Shown here piece by piece: positions 12,780 through 24,214 of a stretch of 64,000 bases of DNA. Source of the stretch: Chiloscyllium plagiosum (Eukaryota); NCBI RefSeq assembly GCF_004010195.1, contig NC_057718.1, forward strand, positions 23,138,773 through 23,202,772. The letters are read 5' to 3'. Under the pieces are notes generated by a model. The model did not search any database and had not been told where the DNA came from. It was given only the letters and a program-made list of their open reading frames with translations. Made by a program: the position numbers and the translations under genes. Each line of letters opens with the position of its first letter. Position 1 is the stretch's first letter.

Positions 12780-13075
12780 AGATCAAAATCATAGCTGGAC
12801 AGAGTCAAATGGGAGAGATCTTTCCAGTAGCCGAAGGCTGGAGTATGAGAGGATGCTGATTTTAAGGGAAAGAAGTTATGTCACAAAACATCTTTATGTT
12901 GTGAGTGGTTAAAATCTGTAAACTGCCTGAGAGTGGCATAGAAGCAGATTTAGTTGTCACTTTCAAAAGGGAATTGGACACAAATTCAAAGGGTAATGGG
13001 GATAAATCAGTTAATTGGCAGGATGTGAATTACTTTCTTGGGGAATTTCATGCAGACATTTTGTGTGCTGTTAAT
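12780..13075 (+). mobile_element. Old CR1 3' fragment
   Basis: VVKICKLPESGIEADLVVTFKRELD resembles the CR1 ORF2 C-terminus. Confidence 0.6.
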
Positions 13076-13504
13076 CCCACAATGGGGTAGATTTGCTGCC
13101 ACCAACCTCTCTAAGTACAGCGATCTTCAGGGCCTGTTTCGTCTGAAATGGTGGAGGAAAGCCACTTCCTGGTCTAACTAGAAGAGACTCCTGTGTTGAA
13201 CAGCAAGTTCAATAGTATTGAACAAGGTCAACCACTATTGAAATGATTTACAGGTTATGTTAATGTGATTGTCTCTGTAACAATCTGTATCATGTGATAG
13301 GGACCTCACCATTTCATCTTGCTCCTTTGAGATCCTAAGTTGACATGCACAAAGGTCAATGTATCATCAACATTGTAGATCAAATTTATGTCACTACCTA
13401 GTATTAATCCTTTCAGACTCTTTCAGAGGCTTAATGCCCTCCTTCTGTTGTGTAGCCATTCCATAGTTTAATGGCAGGGAAATGGATCAGATATTGGATC
13501 TGAT

Positions 13505-13770
13505 CAGTGCAAACAGAAGCCATTTAGTCTGCACCGATCCTCTGGAAAGCATCCCACCAAGCCCCACCTCCTCATTCTATTCTCTTGACCCCCTAGTTAC
13601 CATGGCTAATCCACCTTGCCTGCACATCTTTGGTCTGTGAGAGGAACCCAAAGCAAACCCATGCAGACATGGGAAGAACATGCAATCTCCACACAGTCGC
13701 CCGAGGGTGGAATTGAACCTGGGTCCCTGGTGCAGTGAGATAGCAGTGCTAACCACTATGCTACCCATAG
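13505..13770 (-). mobile_element. HE1-type V-SINE (diverged)
   Basis: CCTGCACATCTTTGG..GGAATTGAACCTGGGTCCCTGG..GCAGTGCTAACCACT. Confidence 0.8.
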
Positions 13771-15100
13771 CAGCATATTGAGACAGACGATTAGACATTG
13801 GAAGGGGGAAGCAAGCAATGTGAAGGTTTAAAAATTTTTGATGTCTGTTCCCAAGCGATTGATAAGTGATCAACGAGAACTTTGCAGCAAATCCGAGATA
13901 GCCATGTGACCATGAAATCCTGTCAAGAATGTCTGGTGGGCTGAATGGACTGAGAGCTGGTGGAGTGTCCTGTCTTTGATCTCATGCTTAAAAGATCAGT
14001 AAGAATTTAACATCCCAAAGAAAAATTGCCATTAACAGCATGCAAAGGAAGAATCCTTCAAATCTTTGGCTGGTGTGGCCTCTTGCTGCTCAAGGTTTCC
14101 AGTATTGCTGTGGGTTAGAACCTGCCCTCCTGTGTGGTGTCAATGGTTACAGTGTATATAGAGAAGGAGTATATATATATCAGAGGGTGTGATGTAAGAT
14201 TACCACGCTGAATAAACAATCATGTTTGCAAACAGCCATGCCTCTGGCAGTGCCACACCTTGACCCACCTAAATTATGGTAACAGAAAAATTGCTCATTA
14301 ATTCTAAGAATTTGTACCAGGATTTAGGGTGTTGTTATTGCAAGAGCTGAGCAGCAGGCAATAAGAACAGTCACTGAACAGCAGAATATGTTTCAATAAC
14401 TGATGGCCTATTCCTGATCCAACATTCCTATGCTGCATTTTTCATATCATAGAACTTCAGAACAACACATCTTATACAGAACTCAAATCTAGTGAGTGCA
14501 ATATGCCAACAATCTTCTGCGGTGGGATTTGTTTCAGTTTTAAGTATCTCATTAAAATTCTCTTCCAAGAAGAATCAAGACTAACTGCAAAGAGAATCTT
14601 TTCAACTATTTCTTTCTTCTGTTTATTCCTCCCTCACATGATGTTGGTGAATTAATGTTTGACTTGATGTTTAATCACAGTCAGAATGTTCTTCCACCCC
14701 CACATTTTCGACTAGGACAGAGCTCTGCATTACTCGCAGGAGATTTTGATCATAGCTCCTTCAGGAATGAGGAGTGCCCCCTTAATGCTAACAGGTCCCT
14801 CATCGTACAGGATGGTCAGAGGAATTCAAACCCCATTTTTACAGCAGTATTTGCTCTGTTCTATGATTTAAATGTTTTGTAGTAGTGACAGCCACTTTGA
14901 CATCTTCTGTGTAAAGTAAGTGTGGATTACTGCTTCAGAATGCCAGGTACGTAGGTACTGGTTGGTCCAAGTGGAGATGGGCAAAGTGCCAGGTGGGTAG
15001 GGTGGAAGGTGAGTCAGATTGGTATGGTGACAAGGTAAAATGTTAGGGTGCCAAGTGGTCCAGGTGCCAAAATGTCAGGGAACAAGGTGGGTTGGCTGCC

Positions 15101-15246
15101 CCCGACCCATAAGCCTCATTCCTGATGAAGGGCCTATGCCCAAAATGTCAATTCTCCTGCTCCTTGGATGCTGCCTGACCTGCTGTGCTATTCTAGCACC
15201 ACACTCTCAACTTTGGTCTCCAGCATCTGCAATCCTCACTTTCTCC
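15101..15246 (+). mobile_element. PLE pLTR (family A) with degenerate HHR and 18-bp TSD
   Basis: CATTCCTGATGAAGGGCCTATGCCCAAAATGTC...CACTTTCTCC. TSD CAAGGTGGGTTGG(C/G)TGCC at 15083-15100 and 15246-15263. Confidence 0.85.
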
Positions 15247-15749
15247 AAGGTGGGTTGGGTGCCAGGTTAGTGATGAACTGTTTAGGGTAGGTCAGAGTGG
15301 GCAAGGAATTGTTGGTCTCAGTTGTGGGGGAGAGGGAGATTTTGGGTGTGGATGGAAACTTTGTGCTGTTGGGATCTGGTTAGTGGTAATGTGGGCAGGG
15401 GATGAACAGGGGGACAGGCTTTGGGTCCAGTGCTGTGAGTGGAGAGGGTTGGTTGTTGGGCTCTGGGAATGAAAGGGGGAGTTGAGCCCAGAAGTAGTGG
15501 AGGCAGAGGATGATGTAGGGTCCTGGGTGGATGTAAGGGATCTGGGAGAGGTGTGAGTGGGTGTGTGTGAGGTAAGATGGGTGCTCAGTTTAATAGGTCC
15601 TCAGGAGTTAGATCAGTTCTTTTTTTAATTTGCTGTCTTTTCCTGGGTAAATATTAACTGCACACGAGCACTCCAATTCTCCAATTTAAGTTGGTAGTTT
15701 TGAAAGATTCCAGAGAGGGAAATGTCCTTTACCTTTCATTTTTCTGGGT

Positions 15750-15865
15750 GAGGTCTCATGTAGTGCAGTGGTAGCGTCCCTTACATATAAACAAGGAGGT
15801 CCAAATTTAAATCCTACCTGCTCCATAAGAGTATAACAACATCCCTGAACAAGTGATTTTTGAAA
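15750..15865 (+). mobile_element. Short tRNA-like SINE (family C)
   Basis: GTAGTGCAGTGGTAGCGTCCC..AAATCCTACCTGCTCC..CTGAACAAGTGATT. Related to the copies at 32770-33000 and 43800-44105. Confidence 0.55.
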
Positions 15866-16851
15866 AAAATTCCATTTCCTAAAGTCTACCAGGAATTCCA
15901 CATGGTCCTGCATGCACTACATTGCAGAAGCAATGATCGGGCCTTTGGAAATTCTGGGCTGTAAGTCAATCATTAATTTTGCATTTGACAGTCTCCAGCA
16001 GACTGACGTCTGAGCTATGATCGTGGTCTTACCCACTGTTCACACACAAAGGGGGACCACTGGAGTGAGTTATTCCATTCCTGGTCAGGGAAATGAAAAC
16101 CCACCAGTAACCAGTAAAATCTTCCATCTACCAATATTAAGACCAAGAACAGGTAAAGAGGAGGAAATAAAACAATATGAGAGTGAGCCATCAGGTCCAC
16201 TCCTTATCACCTCTCACCAGATAATTATACTGTCCACACTCACATCTACATGTGTTATTTAACCCACCGATCTCCATAGAGGAGTGTGATGGCGAATCCA
16301 GTGGGGAAATATTTCCATGCAAGTCTTGTGAAAATTCTTCCAGAGGAGATTTCTGAGCTACAGGCAGTGAGTGTTTCACTCCTTTAGTGGCACAGCAACC
16401 CACTTGCTCCTGACCTCTCACGTCCACATGTGTGATCATCCAGCAAGTGTTCAATCAGAAGCAGTAATCCTGGCTGATGTTCCCTTCCCTTTATAGTTTT
16501 CCTTCCCCTGGTCAAGAAAAGAATTAAATCAGCACAGTGATTGTATCTAGGACGCTTCTAATGTTGCATTAGAATCAGATGTTCAGCTCTGTGATTGATT
16601 CTGTGCACTTTGAACAGCCACTTTTCCAGGCTACATTGTCACTGTGGTGCTGTGAGCAACTCTTCTGAGATGCAGGATGTCTTTTCAGTTGTAAATCTTG
16701 CTGCTGTTCTGTCAGTGAATGGATTGGAAAAGCCAATAGAGTTTTTTTTCAAATGTTCTTTTGATATGTTTTCTGTTGCCCCCTCCACATCTAACACTGG
16801 CCTCACATTTATTTGTGTACGTATGTCTGAGTGTGTGTTTCTGTGTGTGTC

Positions 16852-17062
16852 GAGGAGAAAGTGAGGTCTGCAGATGCTGGAGATCAAAGTTGAAACTTTA
16901 TTGCTGGAACAGCACAGCAGGTCAGGCAGCATCCAGGGAACAGGAGATTCGACGTTTCGGGCACGATTCCTGAAGAAGGGCCTGTGCCCGAAACGTCGAA
17001 TCTCCTGTTCCCTGGATGCTGCCTGACCTGCTGTGCTGTTCCAGCAATAAAGTTTCAACTTT
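16852..17062. mobile_element. Young fold-back PLE pLTR insertion (family A)
   Basis: Perfect 79-bp inverted arms at 16886-16964 and 16984-17062. TSD TTTCTGTGTGTGTC at 16838-16851 and 17060-17073. Confidence 0.92.
16965..17002 (+). ncRNA. Minimal type I hammerhead ribozyme (PLE type)
   Basis: GAUUC-CUGAAGA-A-GGGC(CUGU)GCCC-GAAAC-GUC^GAAUC. Stem I is GAUUC/GAAUC, stem II has 4 bp, and a palindromic ACGU replaces stem III. Confidence 0.8.
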
Positions 17063-17226
17063 CTGTGTGTGTCTGTAAAGTATGTATGAACTGACGGATT
17101 ATGAGAAACACTAGAAAGCTACTGGAATGGTACTAAATTAGCCAGTGCAGGAAAGGGATGAATAATGGGGAAGAACCACAATATACTGTTCAGCTTGGAG
17201 TGAATAAAGTCTGGTACAGCAGAGTC

Positions 17227-17541
17227 TGGGTGGTGTGGTGGCTCAGCGGTTAGCATTGCTGCCTCACAGTGCCAGCGACTGGGATTCAATTTCAGCCTTG
17301 GGCAACTGTCTGTGTGGAGTTTGCACATTCTCCCTGTGTCTGTGTGGGTTTCCTCCCACAGGCCAAAGATGTGCAGGTTAGGTGAATTTGCATGCTAAAT
17401 TGTCTCATACTATTCAGGGATGTGTAGGTTAGGGGCATTAGTCGGTGGTAAATGTAAGGGGATGGGTTACTCTTTGGAGGGTCGGTGTGGACTTGTTGGA
17501 CCAAAGGGTCTGTTTCCACACTGTAGGGATTCTATTCTATA
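17227..17541 (+). mobile_element. HE1-type V-SINE
   Basis: A/B boxes, V-domain and tail GGGTCTGTTTCCACACTGTAGGGATTCTATTCTAT. Confidence 0.9.
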
Positions 17542-18194
17542 AAAGGAACTAGAATGTTTTGACCAGATGGAATGACATATGGATCTGCAAAAGAAGCAAA
17601 ACATCACGTTTTGTTCTTGCTTGTGTATTTATATTATTCCAAGTCAACTGCTTAAATGAATCTGACAATATTAAAATTCCGTCACAGTATACTTCATGCT
17701 GATTACTGTATTTTTTGTCTGAATTCTTGTTTCAGTCTACAGCACTTAACAAAAGCCACTCATTTCTGCAAATTAGCTCTATAAAAATTGCATTAACAAG
17801 TTTTTAATCAAAAATGGTTTATAATAAGTAAAACCAAATGCTGAGAAATTGCCATAGATGCTCTAATTGGGAGATAATTATTTTAGTTGTTATGCAGAAA
17901 ACAGCATCATTTGGAATATATATCCAGAATGATGTGAGCAGGTATACCTGCACCTCTCTTCCAGTTCATATTAGTCATTAGTCATTTTTAAGCCTCACTG
18001 ACATTAATCTTCTGCTCACTGATGGTTAGTTTGGGTTCTGCCAGGACCACTCAGTTCAAGTCCTTATTACAATCCTTAGTCTGGCACGGACAAAAGAGCT
18101 GAATTTCAGAGGCAAAGTGTTAAATTTTGAGGTAGCATTATTGAAGTTGCTGGGAATTAGGGAAATAAAAATTCTCCTCTGGCTGTACTCAGAC

Positions 18195-19290
18195 CTAGCA
18201 GAAAAGAAGATGGTTGGAATTGTCGAAGGCCAGCGATCTCAATCCAGTACATTGCTGCAGTCTCTTGGCTAGAATATTGGGCCCGACCATCTCAAGAGCT
18301 TCATCAATGAGATTCTTACATTGTAAAGTCAAAAGTGGGAATTGCTCAACACCATTCCTGAAATAGTCAATGGCCACATGTAGTAGGACCTGGGCACTAT
18401 TCAGGCTGGGCTGAAGAGTGACAATTATCATTTGCATCACTCAATGATTGTCTGTGAGAATTATGAATCTCTCCTTGATATTCAATGGCATTACCATTGC
18501 TGAATCCTCCACTGTCAATATTGTGGGCTTACCATTGACCACAAACTAAACTGTCCATCAAAAACAAATGCTGTAATTACCATAACAGGTCAGAGCCTGG
18601 AAATTCTGTGGAGAATAGCTCACCTCCTGACTTGTCAAAGGTAGTCAGCCATCAACAAAGCACAAATCAGGAGTGTGATGGAATGCCCCCCATTTGCCTA
18701 GATGAGTGCAACTGCAACAAAACTCAAAGAACTTCACACCATTCAAGACAAAGCAATCACTTCATTCCCTCCACTACTTTATACATTCAAACCCCCCACA
18801 ATCACAATCCCTGCTCAATGATGATAATGTACCAATTACAAGAAGGCACTGCAGCATCTTGTCAATACTCCTTTAACAGCACCTTCCAAATGTGCGATTC
18901 TGCCACTTGGAAGAACAAGACTTCCCAAAATCAAACAGAAACTGCTGGAAATATTTTGCAGATCATATATCATCTGTGTAGAGAAACAGAGGTGATGCTT
19001 TAGGTCAACAAGTCTGCATCAGAACAGCAGAATGCATGAGATCACCTCCAGATTCCTTGCCAAGTTTCCCTCCAAGTCACATGCTGTCCTGCCTTGGAAT
19101 TATACTGTCGTTCCTTCTCTGTCACCAGATCACAATTCTGGACCTCTTTCCTTACCAACCCCGTGGGCGTGCTGACACTCCAAGGACTGAAATGGTTCAT
19201 GATGGTGGCTCACCATCATTATTGGAGACGCAATTAAGAAATGGCCAATAAGCGTTGGTTTCAGAAGAAGCGCCCACATCCACTCAAACC
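18195..19290 (+). mobile_element. Old CR1/L2-group LINE (second family) 3' part, interrupted by a pLTR
   Basis: CAAAGCACAAATCAGGAGTGTGATGGAAT (KAQIRSVME), CACCATTCAAGACAAAGCA and tail GCAATTAAGAAATGGCCAATAAG. Homologous to 27370-28240. Confidence 0.7.
18928..19028 (-). mobile_element. Old PLE pLTR (family B)
   Basis: AAACAGAAACTGCTGGAAA..CATCTGTGTAGAGAAACAGAG..CATCAGAAC. Confidence 0.55.
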
Positions 19291-19749
19291 AATAAAGAAC
19301 CCTCCAGGGACAAAGCTTTTTAAATTATAATTTTAAAAGCTGTATACACATTATTGCAGCTTTCAATAAGAACATTTGATACCAGATTGGATAGCTAGAG
19401 ATAGAGGGATATGGGAATAGGTAAATGTTATTAATGATGTTTGTTTATAAGAAATGTAAATACCCCCATGGACTAATTTCCAGAATTGAAGTGTTTATTT
19501 TTATTTAATTGAAGTTGTCCATGACATGGGTCTTATTTTGACCATAAGTTTACTATGATGGTGCTTGAACTGAACTGTTTTGTCATGGCATGCAAACCAG
19601 CAGAGTCAGAGAGGACTTCAGTTCAATCATTTGAATGCTGTAGATAGCCTGTGTCTAATCGGTTCCAACAATCAGTTCTCTTTGTGCGATGAAAGCTATA
19701 TCAACAGTCTAGAGATAAGCATTTCCCCCAACCTGCTCATCAGAAACAT

Positions 19750-19895
19750 TACCTTGGCTCTCACTTGTGAACACTCTGGTTTCTGAATCATCTGCTGTGA
19801 CCTCAAAGCTCACCCCAGGCTCTGAGCACACATATGATGCAGACATTCTTTGCAGCTTAGAAAAGCTGCTACCTTGTTGGGATGTCACCTCTAAT
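19750..19895 (+). mobile_element. Deu-SINE (SacSINE1-like) 5' remnant
   Basis: CTGAATCA..CTCACCCCAGGCTCTGAGCACA..GCAGACA..GCTGCTACCTTGTTGGGATGTCACCT resembles the recalled SacSINE1 head. Confidence 0.4.
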
Positions 19896-19911
19896 TATGG
19901 AATCACCATCA

Positions 19912-20175
19912 CCATAGAATCCTGATACTGTAAAAGGAAGCCATTTGGCCCATCGCGTCTACACCAACCCTCTGAACATAATCCTACTAAGACACAGTCT
20001 CCTACGGTATCCCGTAACCCCTCATTTCCCATGGCCAATCCACCTCATCTGCACATCTTAGAATTGTGGGAAGAAACTGAAGCATCTGGAGGGAAACCAT
20101 GCAGATACTGGGGGAATGTGTGGAATTTGCACAGTCACCCAGGGATGGAATTCAACCTGAGCTCTTGGCGCAATG
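19912..20175 (-). mobile_element. HE1-type V-SINE (diverged)
   Basis: CATAGAATCC..GGCCAATCCACCT..CTGCACATCTT..GGAATTCAACCTG. Confidence 0.8.
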
Positions 20176-20984
20176 AAACTTTCTGAAGCAATATGGTAAA
20201 CTAAGGAAATAATCAATTGGCTTTTGGAATTCACATGGATAGAAGAGGTCCCATAGGTATTAGGTGCAGAAAAGCAAGGAACTGCTGATGGTTAACATCA
20301 TCAAAATTCATACCAGCCTGTCACGCATCTCACTGCATTATGCTGTGCGACAGGCACTATTCTTTAAAGAAAGGGCACAATCAATAAGTTTGCACAGTGA
20401 GGAAGGAGAGATCACATTCAGAGTGAGACACAGCCAGAATAAATTCATACCTCAGGGAATTTGGTGGCAACATGTTTATTTGGTGCAGAGGAGAAGAAGT
20501 GTTTTTGTCCTTGCTTTTTTTGAATCATAGTTTGTAAGGTTTTTTTAATCAGGATAAATTGAAGCCTAGGATCAGAGATCCAGCACAACTATGATTGGTT
20601 GGTGACAGCTATTCATTTGACTATTTACATTCAGGAGAAAGTGAGCCCTGTGGATGCTGGAGATTAGAGTTGAAAAGTGTGGGGCTGGAAAAGCACAGCC
20701 CATCAGGTAGCATACGAGGAGCAAGAGTGTCAACATTTCGAGCATAAGATCTTCATCAGGAATGAGGGCGTGGCCCAAGGGGGCTGAGAGATAAATAGGA
20801 GGGAGGTGGGGCTGGGGAGAAGGTATCTGGGAATGTGATAGGTAGATGGAGGTGGGGGGTTATGGTGATAGGAAAGGAGGGTGGAGCAGAAAGGTGTGAA
20901 TGAATATGGAAAGGAAGGACAGTTCAAGAGGGTGGTGCCGAGTTGGAAGGTTGGATCTGGGATAAGGTTGGGGGGAGGGAAAGT

Positions 20985-21891
20985 GAAGAAACTGGTGAAA
21001 TCCACATTGTTCCCCTGTGATTGGAGGGTCCCAAGGCAGAAGATGTGGGTGGCACGGTGTCACAGTGGTTAGCACTGCTGCCTCACAGCGCCTGAGACCC
21101 GGGTTCAATTTCCGCCTCAGGCGACTGACTGTGTGGAGTTTGCACATTCTCCCCGTGTCTGCGTGGGTTTCCTCCGGGTGCTCCGGCTTCCTCCCACAGT
21201 CCAAAGATGTGCAGGTCAGGTGAATTGGCCATGCTAAATTGCCCGTAGTGTTAGGTAAGGGCTAAATGTAGGGGTATGGGTGGGTTGCGCTTCGGCGGGT
21301 CAGTGTGGACTTGTTGGGCCAAAGGGCCTGTTTCCACACTGTAATGTAATCTAATCTAAAAAATGTAATCTAAAAAAATGAGGCGTTCTTCCTCCAGGTG
21401 TTGGGTGGCTAGAGTTTGGTGGTGGAGGAGGCCCAGAATCTGCATGTCCTTGGTGGAGTGGGAGGGGAAGTTGAAGTGTTCAGCCACAGGGTGGTGGGGT
21501 TGGTTGGTGCCAGTGTCCTGGAGACATTCTTTGAAACAATTCGCAAGTTGGCGTCCCGTCTCCCCAGTGTAGAGGAAACCACATTGAATGCAATGGATAC
21601 AGTAGATGACATTTGTGGAAGTACAGGTAAATTTCTGTTGGATGTTGAATGATCCTTTAGGGCCGTGGATGGAGGTGTAGGCGCAAGTTTTACACCTCTT
21701 GCAGTGACAAGGGGAGGTACCAGGAATGGAGGCTGGGTTGATGCGGGCCATGTGGAAGGAGACCATCTGGGATGTTCTATGGTAGAATTGGTCCTCCTGG
21801 GAGCAGATGCAGCAGAGGCGGAGGAATTGGGAGCAAGGGATAACGTTTTTACAGGAGCCAGGGTGGGAGGGGGTGTAGTCTAGGTAGCTGT
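20985..21891 (-). pseudogene. Disrupted PLE RT-thumb / GIY-YIG endonuclease coding region
   Basis: ORF 21356-21766 plus flanking frames, with deletions, frameshifts and a SINE insertion before LGTLQSQGNNVDFTSF. Confidence 0.85.
21046..21378 (+). mobile_element. Young HE1 V-SINE inserted in the PLE endonuclease ORF
   Basis: Full head, V-domain and tail, CpG-rich. It splits GGCAGAAGATG|AGGCGTTCTTCC. Confidence 0.92.
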
Positions 21892-21899
21892 AGTCAGAC

Positions 21900-22130
21900 T
21901 GAAGGTAAATAGAGGAAATATTATGGGTTACAAACTAAAAGACTAGTGTGATGTTTTCTTTAAAAAAAAAACAAATTAAGAACTGAGTACTTAAAGTAGA
22001 GATGCTGTTGTACCTGGATGATCTGGTGGACCCCAGTATGGCTCAGAGTGACCACATCTGTAGCAAGTATTGGTTGCTTGAGGAACTCCAGCTGAGAGTT
22101 GATGAACTGGAGTCTGAGCTTTGAACAGTG
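21900..22130 (+). mobile_element. CR1 LINE 5' UTR / ORF1 N-terminal fragment
   Basis: SDHICSKYWLLEELQLRVDELESEL matches the Zn-finger/leucine-zipper region of CR1 ORF1. Confidence 0.7.
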
Positions 22131-22160
22131 GCCTAATTCTGCTCCTACACCTTACAGTTT

Positions 22161-22723
22161 CATGTTGATGACTTTGAAATGAAATCATGCCATTATTTTG
22201 GCATTTGTTCATATAATTATTTCCAAGTCGGCACGGTGGCACAGTGGTTAGCACTGCTGCCTCACAGCGCCAGAGACCCGGGTTGTGGGCGGCACGGTGG
22301 CACAGTGGTTAGCACTGCTGCCTCACAGCGCCAGAGACCCGGGTTCATTTCCCGCCTCAGGTGACTGACTGTGTGGAGTTTGCACGTTCTCCCCGTGTCT
22401 GCGTGGGTTTCCTCCGGGTGCTCCGGTTTCCTCCCACAGTCCAAAGATGTGCAAGTCAGGTGAATTGGCCATGCTAAATTGCCCATAGTGTTAGGTAAGG
22501 GGCGAATGTAGGGGTCTGGGTGGGTTGCGCTTCGACGGGGCGGTGTGGACTTGTTGGGCCGAAGGGCCTGTTTCCACACTGTAAGTAATCTAATCTAATC
22601 TAAAAGTCCACTGGAATATTTCGTAGAATATGTGTTTTCATATATTAATTCAGCACCTGCATAAATCAAGATAAAATGGGCCACACAATTGTGAGCCTCT
22701 AATTATCTCCGAAAAGGAGGGAT
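22161..22723 (+). repeat. Left arm of a ~200-bp inverted duplication (split by an HE1 SINE)
   Basis: 22161-22229 plus 22609-22723 are reverse-complementary to 24215-24418. Confidence 0.85.
22230..22603 (+). mobile_element. Young HE1 V-SINE with duplicated 55-bp head
   Basis: 22230-22284 is identical to 22291-22345. TSD AAGTC at 22225-22229 and 22604-22608. Confidence 0.93.
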
Positions 22724-23099
22724 CAAATCCTGATGCAGGTGATCCTCATGGGACCGTCCATAGAAATACTGGCTGTATAACAGCTACAGTAGTGCTTTGA
22801 ATAGGACATTTTCGCAACTCAAAACATGGTTATTTGTGGGCGATGAATTTACAAAGGAATGGTACTGACAGTTCTCCAGAGAAGCAGCATGGATTAATAA
22901 GCCAACTGACTTTCTGTACCATTATGATTCCAGGGGGGACATTTAATGAAGACAACAGGGGTCCTACTCACCAGCTGGAGAACTGACCCAAGATACATGC
23001 CACACCTTTTCAGGAAGGCCCACCATTTAGCTAGGCAGTTGTGACCATTTTCAAAGGCCACAGATTCCTATTGCAGGGGGTCCTATCACCCAAGATAGA

Positions 23100-23685
23100 G
23101 GGAGAGGTGGTGTAGTGGTAATGTCACTGGATTAGCAACCAAGAAGCCTAGGCTAATGTTCTGAGGACATGAGTTCAAATCTTGCGAAATTTGAATTGAT
23201 TAAAAATCTGGAATTTTAAAAAAAGTTGCATCATTGAATCCCTACAGTGCCATTCAAACAATTGAGTCCACACTGACCCTCCGAAGGGGACAGCGTCCCA
23301 CCCCGATACCCTGTCCCTGTTACCCTGCATTTTTCATGACTAATCCACCCAGCCTATCCATCCCTGGATATTATGGCCAAACCTGCACATCTTTGGACTG
23401 TGGGAAGAAACCAGAGCACCTGGGATAAACTCAAACAGATACAGGGAGCATGTACAAACTCCACATAGACAGCCACCAAAGACTGTGAAGAAGCAGTGCC
23501 AATCACTGTGCCAGCCCAAAGATGAATATGAATCCATTGTCAATTAGTTGGTTCACTAATTCCTTTTAGGAAAGGAAATTTGTTGTCCTTACCTGCTCTG
23601 ACTGACATGTGACTCTTAACTCTCCCCTGGACAATTAGGGTGGGTGATAAATGCTGGCACAGCACTTGAATGCATGAAAATAAAG
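23100..23685 (+). mobile_element. tRNA-derived SINE family B, interrupted by HE1
   Basis: Head GGTGGTGTAGTGGTAATGTCACTGG..GAGTTCAAATC and tail CAATTAGGGTGGGTGATAAATGCTGGC. Confidence 0.75.
23233..23520 (-). mobile_element. HE1-type V-SINE (diverged)
   Basis: GAATCCCTACAGTG..CCTGCACATCTTTGGACTGTGGGAAGAAACCAGAGCACC. Confidence 0.8.
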
Positions 23686-24214
23686 AGCTGCTGAACAGTC
23701 GGGAGCCAGCAGATGCCCACTGCTTAGTTGCATCACTTTGAAAGGAGTGGCACCCAACCATGACTCGGGAGTGTCAATGAAATCGGGCACAGGGAGAAAT
23801 GGTGAGAGGGAGGACTTGTCTCAGCAGGTTGCATGCCTGGGGGATGGACTTGGCAGCTAGAGCAGGGAAGTGACTCTCAGTGGTGAAATCTACCCCTGAC
23901 TAAAGCCAGGCCCCTCAATCACTGCCCTTGAACAAGGGACTCCATCTCTTCCACCTCTCCTCACCCTGAACTTGCTCAGAGGTCTAAAGTAATCCTTTCA
24001 AGACTTATTTTTCAAGCTCTTGCACAGTAATTGCTGAATACCAGCAGTGATATGAGAAGGTCCTTAAGTGGGCCTGAATTTGTATAATTAATATCATTTA
24101 ATACCTAAAAGTCCTAAAAGTCCTTTTGTATATTCTAACCCATTTATTTAACCTTCTCAGTAAATGTGTTGTATGAAGTTCTCCATGATGCCGAAAGATT
24201 ATTAAAATAAGATT

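Larger units (their letters stand above)
20633..21891 (-). mobile_element. 5'-truncated Penelope-like retrotransposon (Neptune-type, family A), interrupted by an HE1 SINE
   Basis: RT thumb SYLDYTPSHPGSCKNVIPCSQFLRL, Cys linker PCHCKRCKTC and GIY-YIG VIYCIHCIQCGFLYTGETGR..VAEHFN..LEEERLIF/LGTLQ. 3' UTR and pLTR with HHR at about 20730-20765. Confidence 0.92.

Noticed and set aside
14106..14256. Possible solo LTR (TATA-like, AATAAA, TG..CA)
   Set aside because: No TSD and no second copy to support it.
16639..17058. 139-aa ORF and an opposite-strand ORF sharing KLYCWNSTAGQAASREQEIRRFGH
   Set aside because: An artefact of the perfect inverted repeat.
21046..21125. tRNA genes (A/B boxes here and at similar sites)
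   Set aside because: They continue into SINE body and tail and do not form a full cloverleaf.
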